Assembly (NCBI RefSeq): GCF_009914755.1
Contig: NC_060926.1
Length of the DNA stretch: 64,000 nt
Source of the DNA: the human T2T-CHM13v2.0 reference genome, Homo sapiens
Direction: 5' to 3' (one strand)
This document shows positions 1 to 14,140 of this stretch, piece after piece; position 1 is the first letter of the stretch; every line of letters begins with the position of its first letter. The notes beneath the pieces were generated by a model. It had not been told where the DNA came from. It saw only the letters and a program-made list of their open reading frames with translations, and did no database searches. Both the position numbers and the translations under genes were made by a program.

Positions 1-156
1 GAATTTTCAAATATGAAATAGCCTTATAGTTTTGTGTGTGTGTGTTTCTGCCATCCTCCTCTGACTTTGTAATAAAGATTAGAGCAGTCTTATAGCAAAG
101 GAGGAACTCATTTCTATTTGCTGGGGTAATTTATGTATGTCAAGAGATTATCTATC

Positions 157-464
157 TTTTTTTTTTTTTTTTTTTTTTTTTTTCTGAGAAGAGTCTCACT
201 CTGTCACCCAGGCTGGAGTGCAACGACATAATCTCAGCTCGTTGCAACCTCCGCCTGCGGGGTTCAAGTGATTCTCCTGCCTCAGCCTCCTGAGTAGCTG
301 GGATTACAGGCATGGGCCACTACACCCGGCTAATTTTTGTATTTTTAGTAGAGACAGGGTTTCACTATGTTGGCCAGGCTGGTCTTGAACTCCTGATCTT
401 GTGATCCACCCACCTTGGCCTTCCAAAGTGCTGGGATTACAGGTGTGAGCTACCACACCCAGCC
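157..464 (-). mobile_element. Alu (AluS-like), full length
   Basis: Poly-T followed by reverse-complement Alu dimer ending ...ccacacccagcc; short flanking repeat ctatct on both sides. Confidence 0.95.
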
Positions 465-1052
465 CTATCTCATCCTTAAAAGTGGGTAGAGCTTATCTGT
501 AAAACCATCTGAGCCTAGGGCTTTTCAGAAAGGTTTTTGATTATATTGTAATTCTTAATTGAATACTTGACAAAACAGTTTGTTATTTATTCTGTTCCAG
601 TCTTGGAATTTTGTATTTTTTCAGAATTGTATCAATTTTAGTAGGCCTCCAAATTATAATTCTTCATAATAGTATTAGTCTCAAACTTTTCATAGCCTGT
701 GGCTTTCAGCATTTAATGCATGGTTTTATCTTCTCTTTTTTTTCTCCACCAGGCTCATCAGACATTTATATATTTTGTTAACCTTTTCAAAAAACCAGCT
801 TGGTCAACGTCTTGTTGTTGATAAACACTATTTCTCACATTTCTGAACTTATGTATATATTTTCCTTTTTTCCAGATTTCTCTATTGAAAAATTAGCTTC
901 AAGAATGTTTCAAAAGTGATTTAGGAATAAGCCATCTGAAGCCTTATATACCTGATACTATTTTTATTTTACTTTTATTTAAATGATAGTTTGTTGAAGT
1001 TCTTTCCCATCAACACTTTAAAATATTACTTTGTTGTCTTTTTCTTCTTCTT

Positions 1053-1186
1053 CTTTTTTTTTTTTCAGTAGAGATGAGGTCACGCTATGTTCCCTAGGCT
1101 GGTCTCAAAGTCCTAGGCTCAAGCAGTCCTCCCACCTTGGCCTCCCAAAGTGCTGGAATTACAGGTATGAGCCATCATGCCCTGCC
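1053..1186 (-). mobile_element. Alu left monomer (FLAM-like)
   Basis: T-run then gtagagatgaggtc...caaagtgctggaattacaggtatgagcca; single arm only. Confidence 0.85.
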
Positions 1187-2515
1187 AACGTCATTGTCTT
1201 CTTGTATCCGGTTTTGTTATCGAGGTTTTTTTGTCATTCTAATTCTTTTTCTCTTTTCGTTGATCTAGTTTTTCTTTATACATGTTTTGAGAATGTTCTC
1301 TTTGTCATTAATGTTCTTAAATTTCACTACCATGTATCTAGGTGAGAGTTCCTTTTTGTATTTGTCTTGTTTAACACTTGGCTTATTTTTCAATCTAAGT
1401 TTTGTATTTTCTTTATTTCTAAAAAATTCTCAGTCATCTTACCTCCAAATATAGCCTCCCTTCACTATTTGCTTCCCCCTTCTGGTTCCAAATTCAGCCC
1501 TCCTAACCAGTACACTATCCACCTGCTCTGAGAAGGTCAGCTTCGTTGCCCTTATCTGTTTGGGTATGGCTTCCTTCTACCACACCGTGAAAGGCAGGGG
1601 TAGAGTGCTGTTTTGTCTTTGGACTCCTGGGGCATCAGTACCCACCGTGTGCTAAACGAATGAATGAACTAAGAGAATGGAGAGGTGGAGGTGGCCACAG
1701 GGCTGGAGTCAGAGGTGCTGTGGAGCCAGGGCGGGAGCCCAGCTTCATGACTGTGCTGCGTCACACTCAGGCGCATGACCTCTACTGGGGCTGCAGCCCC
1801 TTAAGCAGACCCCTCCCTGTGGGAGTCTTACTGCTCGTATGTTATATATATATTTCCTTTCAATAGGGGCATCCAAAGTCTTAACCCAAAGCGGGCACCG
1901 TTCCCTGGCAGCCTGGTGGCAGGGAGGCGGGAGAGATATGTTCCAAGCCCCTCAAATGGCCCACTTAGGCAGTCATGTAGAATCTCGAGAAATACTCCCT
2001 AGCTTCCCAGGAACTGACTTTTTCCTGGATAAGTCTCTCTCTCCTGGATGTAGGCTATCAGCTCTCCAGAAACACCCCCTCACTTTCAGTCTCTCTTAAT
2101 GGTTACTCTCAGCAACCTTTGAACCATTATCGATTCATGCTATTTTCTACCATCTCTTCGATTTCATTTTTCAAGAGGTCTGATGTTCTTTCACTATTCC
2201 TGCCTTTCTGATCTTCTCTCATAAAAATCTGCCTTTTCTATAGAAGCTTTATTGGAAGAGGTTTTACACATGAGTTAGGAAATTGGATTAGATTATCTTG
2301 GCCACCATCCAACCCTGAATTCATTGATTCTGTGAAATTTACAACACAGTTGAGCTAAACTAGCACCATTGGGGATCACTAATGATTAAATCATCCACCA
2401 TACCATGGTGCCCTTCTGCTTAATGAGAAGATACAACGCTAACCAGCAAGTTCTATTTGTGGCGTTGAGATTAGTGAGCTACTCTGACATTATCTAAGTT
2501 GAACATTCAAACTAA

Positions 2516-2918
<403 letters not shown>

Positions 2919-3464
2919 AGTACTTTACATACTTTAGCTCATTTATTTTCCACAGTTACACAGTGAGAGAATTAACATTTTCATCCCTGCATTACAGAAG
3001 GGAAAACCGAGGCATGCTGAGGTTATATAATTTACCCAAGATCAGAGTTGGTAAACGATAGAGCTGGAATTCAAACCGAGCAGGCTGGGCTGTTAACCAC
3101 TGCACATACTACATCCTGAAGCTCAGAGAGATTATTGTGCACCCCCCATGTGGAATTACGCCTTCCTATCTCCTCACAGGAGGCTGCCAGAACTCCCTTC
3201 CCCTCCTATCATTATGACATGCGTCTGGGCTTCACCTTTTGCACATCTGAAAAGAGTTAAAAGAATTAGGAGACTTTTGAAAGAGATGGATGGTATAGTA
3301 AGGAAAGATACTGAAGCCAAAACAGGAAATAGAAAGTCAGTCATGTTTGGGTCAAAGTAAGAAGAGTTAGAGAGGGAAGAAGAGGACGAAATTCAGGATC
3401 TTATGGAGGGCTTGGAAAGCATGAGAACACGCCAGATAAAAGGAAACAAATAAAAAGGAAGATG

Positions 3465-5030
3465 TAAAATAATAAAGATGTCAATTGTTCCCAAATCAAT
3501 TATACAATTTCAGCTGAAGTCTAACACAGCTTTTTTTTTTTTTTTTTTTGGTTGGGTTTGGATTGTGTTTGGTTTTGTTCTGCTTTGTTTTGAACTAGAC
3601 AATCTGATCTCAAAATTCCCTTGGAAGCACAAAGGGCCAAGAATAACTGAGAAACAATTTTGAAAAAGTACAAGGTGGAAGAACTTGCCCTACCAGATAT
3701 CAAGATTTATTATCAAAATATTTAGAAAAGAAGACAATATAGTCTGCGCACAAGGATAAGTAAGGGAGCAGAATAGAGGGCCCAGTCACTGGCCTGCCCA
3801 TGTTTGGAAAGAAGATGGGGCAGAGATGATGTTACACGCCAGTGGGGAAAGGGTATTCTATCTGATAAATGAGTGCTAGGAGCAACCTTTATCCATATGG
3901 AAAATAGTAGATTTCTACATCAGATCATTCCTGGGTGATCTTAAAAAAAAAAAAAAGCACAACTTTAAAACTTAAAAACTTAAAAAAAAAAGCACAACTT
4001 TAAAACAGAAGATGAAGACATAGAAAAATTCTTTGTAATTCTTTGTGACTTTAAGATGAAGAGTTCATTTAAAAACACTGAAAATAGAAACTTGGGGTAA
4101 GTTTAATTTTAAAAGTGGTAATGTGGACTAGTACATTAAAACTCACTTTTGTACAACAAAGGCCATGAGAACAAAGTGAAAACCAAGCCATAGACTGGAA
4201 GATAATATTTACAATGAATACAATATGCAAAGCGATATCTCTAATTAATAAGAAAAAGACAACATATGGGGGAAAATGGACAAAACTATCAATTCACAGA
4301 AAAACTCCAGGTCAATAAAAATATAAAAAGATGCTTACTTTCACTATTAAAGAAGTACAAATCCAAACAACAATGAGATACCATTCACACCCACCAGATA
4401 GCAAAAGTGTATGTCAATGCCAAGTGTTGGGAAAGATGTTAAATCATGGAGTCTCATTCACTGCTAGTGGAACTGTAAGTTGATCCAAGTACTCCAGAGA
4501 GCAATTTGGCAACAACTAATGAAGATGATCATGTCCAGAAATTCCACTCCTAGGCATATAGTCAAGAAGACATGTATTAAGATATTCACTGCAGTACTGG
4601 AAACAGCTTAAATGTCCATCCACAAGAGAATAATTAAATTGTATTAGAGTTATACAATGGAATACAACACAGTATGTGTCAGCATAGATAAAAATCTCAC
4701 AATTGTAATGCTAAGGGAGAAATGAATATTGCAGAAGATAGTGATACTACAGATATGATTATACACTATATAAAATTTAAAAGCTGGCATAATAATCCTT
4801 TGCAATGTCTGTGATACATAAAAAATGTAGTAAAAATAGTAAAAGTATAAAAACACATGTGAAGATGATTAACACTGATCTCAAAACAGTGCTTAGCTCT
4901 GGGAAATGAGGGAAGAAAATGGGATGAGGGAGGTGTACAGAGAGGAACTCAATTGTATCGCTGATATTTACTTTCTTTGAAGTAAAAAGACATGAAGCAA
5001 ATAAGGCAATGTGTTAATATTTGCTAAAGC
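3465..5030 (+). mobile_element. Old L1 (L1M-type) ORF2 3' part and 3' end, degenerate
   Basis: A-rich L1-like words (aagatgtcaattgttcccaaa; cttgccctaccagatatcaagatttatta; acaatgagataccattcacacccaccaga; aattccactcctaggcatata); no intact ORF. Confidence 0.8.
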
Positions 5031-5033
5031 TGA

Positions 5034-5370
5034 TGTGGCCATCATTAGCGCTACCCACCAAATATTTCTGGCTCTCTGCCTGCCAGGCCCATAGTAGGAT
5101 TCTATGTCCTCACCCATTTTGAATCAGGAGCAGCCTAGAGATTTGCCTTGGCCAATGAAATGTGACTGGAATTGACTTGTGTTTCTGGCCTCTTGAGCCA
5201 ATGCACAAAAACTTTGGCCAACATGGCAGCCCAGAGACAAAGCTTCTGTCCTCCCCAGTCCCTGAGCAAGCATGACACCCCCAGGCAACCCTAGGAGGAT
5301 GGGAGGATGGGAGGGAGATGAGTGCTGTCAGCCGCTGAGGTTTGGGGGTTGTTTGTTACTACAAGTCTAC
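5034..5370 (+). mobile_element. MaLR LTR (MLT1I/J-like)
   Basis: ttgccttggccaatgaaatgtga and gctgaggtttgggggttgtttgttactaca resemble the MLT1 consensus; subfamily from recall. Confidence 0.65.
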
Positions 5371-6491
5371 CCTGGAGAATAGAGCTGGAAAATGGGTCCA
5401 CTCCTATTCACTGTATCAGTCTCTGATTTTATCTACATGTTGAAATATTATCAAAAACATTGTAATACTTTTAAATTGGACTGGCTTTCTATCTCTTCGT
5501 TCACGAAAATTCTCTGTACTGGCCTGCGCAAGGCCCCTCTCTTAATTTATTAACTTTTGTGTTTTCAGAAAGTGCCTCTGACTTGGGATGGAAGCAATGT
5601 GGAGCTGTAGGAGCCTCCTGGTAAAAAGGATGAATGGCAGAAATCATTGATTAAGCCCAGATTTCTGGGTGAGCCCAGATTTCCTCCAGTGCTGTCTGCT
5701 AGCATTTCCCATCAATCTGGGGACAGAAACCCAATGAGAAAATCTTAGCTTTTCTCCAGAGAAATGTAAGCAAGAATTTTGATGAATGCAACTGCCGTTG
5801 ATTCTTTGTATGGCTTTTAGAAAGATCACTTCACCCTTTTTCCCACTTCTCTGCAGTTCACCTCTGGGAGAAATGTCAAGAAAACTTTCCCACACCTCAT
5901 GGCTTCCAGGTTCCTTTTTAGGGCTGCCTGCAAGGCCCACAGGGAATAAAAGGCCCAGCAGGAGGTGGAGGAGGGGCAGCATGGTGAGAGAAGGAAGAGA
6001 AACTCCGTTCTTGGCCAGTTGTGCTCCGTACTGTGCAGACACACAGGCAGCGCCTGGAAGTCACCGAGAAATGCAATGCCTTTGAGAAGTTCCGTGGAAA
6101 GAATGACATCATGACCAGTCACTCCCCCACCCCACCTTTTTTCCAGTGGGAGTGAGAAATAAATAGACTGACACATTTTCCAGTCAGGGAGCCATTCTGG
6201 ACAGCAAGTTTACCTTGGCACAGGAGCTCAGGTGGGGCTGTGAGAAACCTTATCTGTGCTTGCCTGGTAAACAAGGAGCCTGCAATCTCCCCGGAGTCTT
6301 GGCCACTGAGCAGGTGACTGCGGGAGGCAGGTGAGCAGAGCAGGTGAGCAAGGTGAGCCTCGGGCCCAGGAGCACGCTGTGTTAGGTAAATATTGCCTTA
6401 ACTTGATTGATGGACTCACTAACTGTCTGTTTGTTGCCAAGAGAAATGCCATCACCGCCAAATTCAAAGGTAAAATTCCTGTCCCTTAAAT

Positions 6492-6650
6492 CAAGGGTTC
6501 TCAAACTGTAGTGCGTTACTAGGTCACCTGGGGAATGCCATTAAAATGCAGGTTCTGATTCAGCAGGTTGGGATGGCTGAGAAAATTGCCTTTCTAACAA
6601 GCGGCTGGTGATGCCGAGGGTGCTGGTCTGTGGACCACTCTCTGAATTTG
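6492..6650. mobile_element. MER5A-like hAT-Charlie MITE
   Basis: ggttctcaaact...aaaatgcaggttctgattcagcagg...ttctaacaagc...ggtgatgcc...tgctggtctgtggaccact. Confidence 0.75.
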
Positions 6651-9600
6651 CAAAGTCTTAATGCTCAGATGACTGTATGCATTTTACACGGTCAAAATAG
6701 TTACTGATTAAGGAGCACTGATGCAGGCTGCAGGTGTCGTACCAGATGTTTGCTATCATCTCTTGTAACTCTTCACACCAACTCTGCAAGGTGGGTGTTA
6801 TTATCCCCGCCCCCTCCTTGGCTGGCAAGGAAATTGAAGCTAAGAGAGGTTAATTCATGCATTATATGTGTAATTTCCAAAAGATTTCATTGCTACCTTC
6901 CCTCCTTTCACAGTGATCTGAAATAACCCAAAGACAAAAGATAATAAACGCCTGTGGTAGAGACGGGTGTTGTCTGCTTGTGGTGATCGGCCCTCTTGGC
7001 ACCTGGAAATGAGTAATTTCGTCCGTACATTGTCAGGGCCAAGCTCAGGAATTCAGAAATCCTGGTTATCTAGGTTTGGCCTAGGAGGTCCTCTCTTCAA
7101 AAGAGAGAGTAGCTCCAAAAGGTGGACAAGACTGGTTTTTCAGATCCCTCTGGTGCTGATGTGTTCGCCCCTAGGACACGCAGTTGGAGAAAGTTCTTGA
7201 TACCAGGAGGAGTTGCTTTGATGTGTCAGCTTGGAAAGAATGCCTCGTAAGGGCCATTCAGGACTCCAGGAGAGCAACAAAAACAAAAAAGCCCCAGCTC
7301 GTGGAAACATCAAAGTGAAGGCAAATATAACCAGACTGACCCACCTGGAGGTATTTAAATACCTTGAAGAATGGTGGTGTGTCCTTGCAAAACCCAGGCA
7401 GCTTTCAGGTAGAAACTTGAGTCATGTCTGGATCATAAGGAGTGAGGTGGCCCCACTGGCTGTCCCTGGCCACTCATTATAATCAGGAAAAAGTGAGGAC
7501 AATGTGAGACTCTCCCTTGGAGAGTCTGCAAACTTGGAAGACCTGAATTTTGGTGACCACTCAACAAGTCAGTCTGCTCCAGGGACCCATTAACATTGCA
7601 ACCTCATTCCTAGTGGTGCCAAGATGCAGCCATGATTTGTACTGCAGTGTGGGGAGGCCAGATTTGGGCCCTCCTGGAAGTCCACAGCAATTCCGTCCCT
7701 GGAAAGTTGTTGCACAGAAGAAAATACAGCGCCACGTCCCAAGACAAACTGAAGGCCTCCAAAGAAGACATATGTAATTTTGTTCTTTACATTTTACATC
7801 TTTACAGAAAGTATCCGAGTTTACAAAAACCACATAAAATAGAACAAAGTTTAAAAAATAGAATATAGAGGGAAAGGAAAAATAATAGATAACAGAGGAC
7901 AAAGCCCAGTGTGGCTGCTACCTTATTGCTGTAAGGTCCTGTACACTTTCAAATCAAACTCTGACTTCCCAACCCACAAAGCAAAAGTTAAAGAAATGCA
8001 CGTACAGCACTGCACCCATGATAAGAAAAACCAGGCAGCTGCTGCAGAGAAGCACATCTATTCCTGATGCTGAGGCTCCCCATGGGGCCTCATGAGAAAG
8101 AATTGGAAGACACAGTGGAAGGCCACCAAGAGCATCCCCAACAACAGCGCTACCATACACCATAGGGAGTTTTCTGGGATGGAGTTTCCTGGGATGGTTC
8201 CTATGACATCCCAGTGCAGGCTACTGGCCATGCCAATGCCTGGTCCAGTGAGAACAATTATGGGAGACTCCAGAATGACCTCTGCTGAGCTGGCTTACAC
8301 CTAGGACAAAAATCAGAGCAAAGAAACTGCTTTGGGAATCCGAGGGGCCCTGCCTCTCTGGGAATCTGAATTCGGGCTTCTCCCCAGGTCTTGTGCCAGC
8401 TTTGCTCTTTGCTTTGGGAGGGGAGTCCCTAGGGTTTCCAGCAAAGCTGCCGTCATTGAAGACAGAGGCACAGCACATAGCCCATGCACAGGCCAGGCCC
8501 ATGGTCTTCCCACTGAGACCTCTAGCCACAGAATAGTCTCCAGTCGAGCAGAGGCTGAGGAGAAAGAGGGACTAAGTGCTGGTCCTGGGTTCACCAGTCA
8601 CTGACGGTGGGAACCTCAGAAAGCCAACTCCTCTCTGTGGGCCTTAGTTCTGTCGCCTGCGAAGTGGAGCAGACGAGCTAGCATCGGATCTGTCCTTTTC
8701 CTGAGGATTCTCATGGCTGCAGAGCTCTTCAGTGCATGGCAAGCTGAAGAGAGGCAATGAAGCAGGGCTGGAAGCGTTGGGGTCTGTGGAAGACATGAAA
8801 TGTACCACCCAGATCCGCCTTCTACGGAGGGCCTTCTGCCCAGCTGCGGGTATGGAACCAGCAGCCTGCCTCCAGCTGTTTGTTCCTTCAAAGTCTGCCA
8901 CAGCTGCAGAAAGCTGCCTCCCCCAAGATCATGCCCTCCCAAGATAGCCCATGCTGTGGATTGGGTGCAGCAGGGGAATAAAGGCCCAGGCACTTTGTCC
9001 CTGTGCAGATCACTCTGAACAGGTAATATTAGCTCCAAAGCTCCTCACAGAATTGGCCAACATTTGTTGAGCCTGCATTTCAGTTAGACTTCTTTTTCTA
9101 CCCAAGCCCGCTTCTTCCTTCTTCTTTGCACAGGTGTTGCTCCCAAAACCTGTCTTGGCATCTGCTTCTGAAGAACCTAATCTGCAGCAGAGGCCAAGCA
9201 CCCAAGCACAAAGACTTGCCTGGCCTATGACCTTTGGAACAAACACCTGAGCCACCGTGGACCCAAGAGCTAGAGAAACAACCAGCGTGGATGGTCTGAC
9301 AGCACCGCTGGCCACAGCTGCTACTCAGTGGCCGTTCATCACATGGAAAAGGGACATGACCCTTTTCTCCCCAAACAGCCCCCTCTTGACTCTGTTCTTC
9401 CAGCGGATGATGCCAGTTTTCCAGCCACCCAAGCTCAAGATCTCCAAGCCTCTCCCAAGTTCCTTTCCCTTCTGCTCCTATATCCGAACAGTTACTAAGT
9501 TTTGAAGCTCCATCTTTGCATACACCACCTCCCTCATGGGCTACTGCAGCAACCCCATGAGGACCCCTCCCTCCTTACTATAAGATGCTCACCCCTGGTG

Positions 9601-11326
9601 CAGGTCCTGTCACTGTGATTCCTGCTCGCGCTCCCCACCATATGGGTCACTGCTCTGTGGAAGGAAGGAATGACATATTGGAGTCACACCTGTTTCCCCG
9701 AAGTCATTGGGAAGTGTTCGTTGCTGCTTGTTAGAAATACCCAAACACAAACAAAAGGTGGTAAAACAATGTGAATTCGATGAGAAGTTTCTGCTTCTGT
9801 TTGGATTGAGGTCAGTGTTATTTCCCTAGCGTAGACCCAGAAAACAGAGCACTTGTTCAACTGAGGAGATGCCCCTGGCATGTAAGTGAATGTGCTTGTG
9901 TGGACATGTGGAGGTCTCAAGAACAAAAGAAGAGCTGGGCAACTTGCTGGCACTTGATACCCAGGTGTTTCTTAATGTTCCTGTTGAAGAAATAGCTGTA
10001 AAATGCTGAAGGAAATGCCCGCTTCCCTGTGTACAGAAGGCAGGCTGCGAAGGTGGGGCACCATACATTCTAGTCCAAAGAGGACTAGTATGACCTCCCC
10101 ATTAGGCCACACGAATCCCACAGCTGTGTGCGTGTAGCCAAGATGTCAGCAAGGTGAGACCCCACACAAATACTCCAAAATGTGCTGGAAAGAGGGAGGG
10201 ATGGAATATCAACCATTCTATTTGGCATCATTCTCTGCTAAGAGAACAGGCTTGGCCTCTCTTTTTCAGAAACCAAGAAAGGGCTTTGCTGCCTTTGCTA
10301 TGTTTTCCTGTTAATCAGCAACAAAATGAAATCATCAATTTGGGTTTCCCTACCCCTTCTTTTTACTGTTCTTCAAGTAGGCCCAATAGAGGATAATTTA
10401 CTACTGCAATTTTGTGTCAAGGAAGCTGAGTGCTTGTTACAGTTGCACAATACTTACTGCGCCATAAGCGGAGGGCAGGAAATATCAGGCCCATTTTACA
10501 GAGAAACAAACTGAGCCCCAATAAGTGAAAGGAATTGGTGGTTCTCTTATTAAGAATGCCTGCAGCATCATATCTGGTGTGTAATCCATTTACTTTCTTC
10601 TTTTTAAATAGAGAAATTACTAAGCATTGTGGAGGCTTAGGGTCCTGGAGATGAAGGCAGTAAAATGAGACTAATGCTGGTGAGGGTGTATGAAGGGGCC
10701 CTCTCTAGGGTGGAAGTGGAAGCCAAGTGGGTCAGCACTTTTATTGGTACAACCTGCAACCATCCCAGATAAAATAATCAGGTGGCTAGGAGTGGGGAAG
10801 GTCCCCCCTACCCCTGGGAAGACTCAAACACACAGAACATTCTAGCTTTTTGCAGTAATAATATCATGGACATTAAAGAAGAAGATCAGAAAACAGCTTC
10901 AGATGCATCACCTTCTGTCTTTCTGGTGCTCCTTTCTAAGAGGAGGCCTGGATGAGAATGCACAAGAAAGCCAGGCACTCACTCAGGAGAGTGCAAGCCA
11001 AGGTTCCTACCTGGCTGTGCCTCTGAATTCACCCACCCAGGGCCCTTGGTGAGGGTGGGAGGTGTGGTGGCCAGTTGCCCCGCCATCTTCAGTAGCTGGG
11101 GGCAGTAGGGCCACTGGCTCTGCCTGAGGCCAAAACGTGCCACACTGGCTGCTCACTGGGCTCTGAAACCCTGCATGTAAGCTACCCCGAGGCCTCACCA
11201 AGCGTGTGGAAATGTCTTTCTGCTGTCATTACTTGTCCTGGCTTTTGCTCAGACTCACACAGGACTTACACCCCTGGGCAGGGATGCTGAGTGCCCGGGT
11301 CCCCTTAGTCTAAAGCTCTGTCCCTT

Positions 11327-11434
11327 GGAAGGAAGGAAGGAAGGAAGGAAGGAAGGAAGGAAGGAAGGAAGGAAGGAAGGAAGGAAGGGAGGGAGGGAGG
11401 AAGGAAAGAAGGAAGGAAGGGAGGAAGGAAAGAA
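11327..11434 (+). repeat. (GGAA)n microsatellite: 15 uninterrupted units (11327-11386), then mixed GGGA/GGAA/AGAA
   Basis: Counted directly. Confidence 0.98.
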
Positions 11435-12826
11435 ATGGTATGCCCAGATCTTTTTTCCCCTCTTCTGAGTTAAACAGCTCAAGTGCTATGATCATATTAG
11501 ATCTAGGGACAAGAATTCCAATCAGATCCCTCCAGAAGGACTGTGATGGACAAGGAAAGTCACCTCATACTGTGCCCACTGGATGCACCCACCCCAGCCC
11601 TTCCAGGTGGTTCCCCCTCTCTCTCTCATCATGACATGGTTTCCCCCTGGGCTTCAACCATCAACCATCAATTTGCCTCCAGGACCAGAGACTTTCCTGT
11701 CACCCACTTACCCTGTCTGCAGTGCCACCATGAAACTGAGGCCTTTGAGGTGCTGCCTGCATGTCATTCTCACAATAGTGTGAATTCATTTGTCAGATCA
11801 AGTTCTCTTGCCTGGCAGCTGCCTTGGCTTAGAGAGCTGCAGGATGGAAGTTTCAGTGGAAAAGCAAAGAGTGGTTTTGGAGCTTGGGAGGCTGTTATGA
11901 AGGGAGTGTGGGGCTTCCTGAGTTCAGTGGGTGCCTGGGGCGCATTGAAGGGAAGTGTGAAACAAGAGGGGTTAGAAAGGGGAAGTCTCAAAAGACAAAT
12001 TTCACATACATGAAATTTGACCTACTTAACACTTCTGCTGAGGCCCCACCTGGCTGGAAGAGAAACGCTGATATTAACTCGAATAACATAGAGGTGAAGG
12101 AACCTGGACTGATTTGGCTAATGGAAGTAACAGACTTTTCTTTCTGCTAGAAATTGTGTGCACAGTCCCTTCCGCAGAGCATGAGGCCTTTTACTCACAA
12201 ATAGTTATTCCCTTCAGCATGTAGACTTGGAGTCATGGGAGTGCCTCTCCCAAGGTCTGGAATAGATAATGCTGCTGCCCACCCCTAGTTCCTGGGACAC
12301 ACCTGGCCCTTTCTGACCCCTACACCTTTGCTGATGTTGTTCTGCTGGCAGGATCGCCCTTCTCTAGCTTCTCCCCATCCTTTGAGGCCAGCTCAGTTGC
12401 CATCCCTTCCCTTTAGCTATTCCTGCTACCATTCTTTCCACAGATATTCCCTGAGTGCCTGCTAGATTCCAGGCACTCTTCTGGTGGTGGTGACACAGTA
12501 AGACACAAAACAGACCTACTCCTTGCCCTTGAGAGCTTCCCTTCTGCCAGTCAGCCCCCCTCTCCCAGTGCCTTTGCCCGGGACTGAACTAATCATATCC
12601 CCACCCATGCTCACATGAGTCTACTGCAGCAGTTATTGTATGATATTAGAGGGAGTGGCAACTAGGTTCCCAGACACCCCAGTGCCCAACACCTTGCCAA
12701 CACCAGAGGTAGACTCTCACTTCTTTAAAAAAGAAACTCAGGGGTAGCAATTTGCATAGGAAGGGCAGAGGCTAGGAGACTTACCTGCAAAATGCACTTG
12801 CTAGCATGTGTGACCGTTCTACTTAG

Positions 12827-13147
<321 letters not shown>

Positions 13148-13699
13148 TAGTTTTGTGATTCTTTGAGGGGATCATTAATGCAGTTTAGGGAATTTGTCTT
13201 ACAGGTGCAGTGACCTTGCAGGCATAATACCATCACACAGACTGTGGTTATCTGGGATGGTTACAGGGAGTTATGGAGACAGGAGAAAACTAAACGTCTC
13301 CTAAACCGATTCTTTGGAAATGCCAGCACCTGTCTGGCACACAGTGGGTGCTAATGCCTGTTAGAATTGTTGTTGAGAGGGCAGGAGGGTGTAACATGGA
13401 CCCAGCTATCTGATCCTGAGGCTGGGCGCCATGTGGGTGTGAAGTACACCAGGGGCTCCAACCAGCAAGTGCTAGCTCAGGTTACCGTTAGGGAGCTGGC
13501 AGAGTGTTCAGGAGGAGCTGCTGTCTGGTGCATAACACGCAGCTCGCTCCTCCAAGGAAGAGCAACAACACAGCTGCCCCTGGAGGAAGCTAGCAGACAT
13601 CCTGTGTACTTGAAAAGAAAACTGAAAGTGCTTTTCTTCACAAGAAACTGTTGTGTTTCCCTCTTTTTCATAAATCCTCCTCCCTCCCCTGCCGCCCCA

Positions 13700-14140
13700 G
13701 GTATGATGGAGTTTCCCTGGTCCAGAGTTGTGGGTAAAATAGTGGGAGACGTGGACAGAGTGGTATGAAGGGAGTTTATGCTGGGCTGTGGTCCGTGCTG
13801 TTTGTCTAATTCAGGGAAGGTATCAGGCTACCCCAAGGAGGACTCTGCTATACGATCTGCATCCTGGTGATAGTAACCTCTCTTTTCTGGCTGTTGAAGT
13901 GCATTCCTGTGCGGATGTGGAAAGAGAGAAAGCAAGATACAGCCAGGGCTAGGACAGGAATGTGAGTATTTCCTTAATTGGACATGAGAGCCTTGAACTG
14001 ATTCCAGTTGGAGTGTTTTCTTTTAGGGCCTGGACCCTAAAGATTTCATACAGTTTTCTTTGTCAGAAAAATCCCTTTGGTTCAAAGGCCCCTCGATAGA
14101 AATAAAGAAAAAGCCAGGGCTGAATTTCTTTGATATGTGG
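13700..14140. promoter_or_regulatory. Candidate upstream enhancer (TCF/LEF pair, two TEAD/MCAT, one NF-kB motif)
   Basis: GGAGTTTCCC 13708-13717; CATTCC 13902-13907; GGAATG 13957-13962; TTCAAAG 14081-14087; CTTTGAT 14128-14134; no repeat recognised here. Confidence 0.45.

Noticed and set aside
3941-4006. Short tandem duplication of A-run + gcacaactttaaaac
   Set aside because: Slippage inside a decayed L1; no sign of function.
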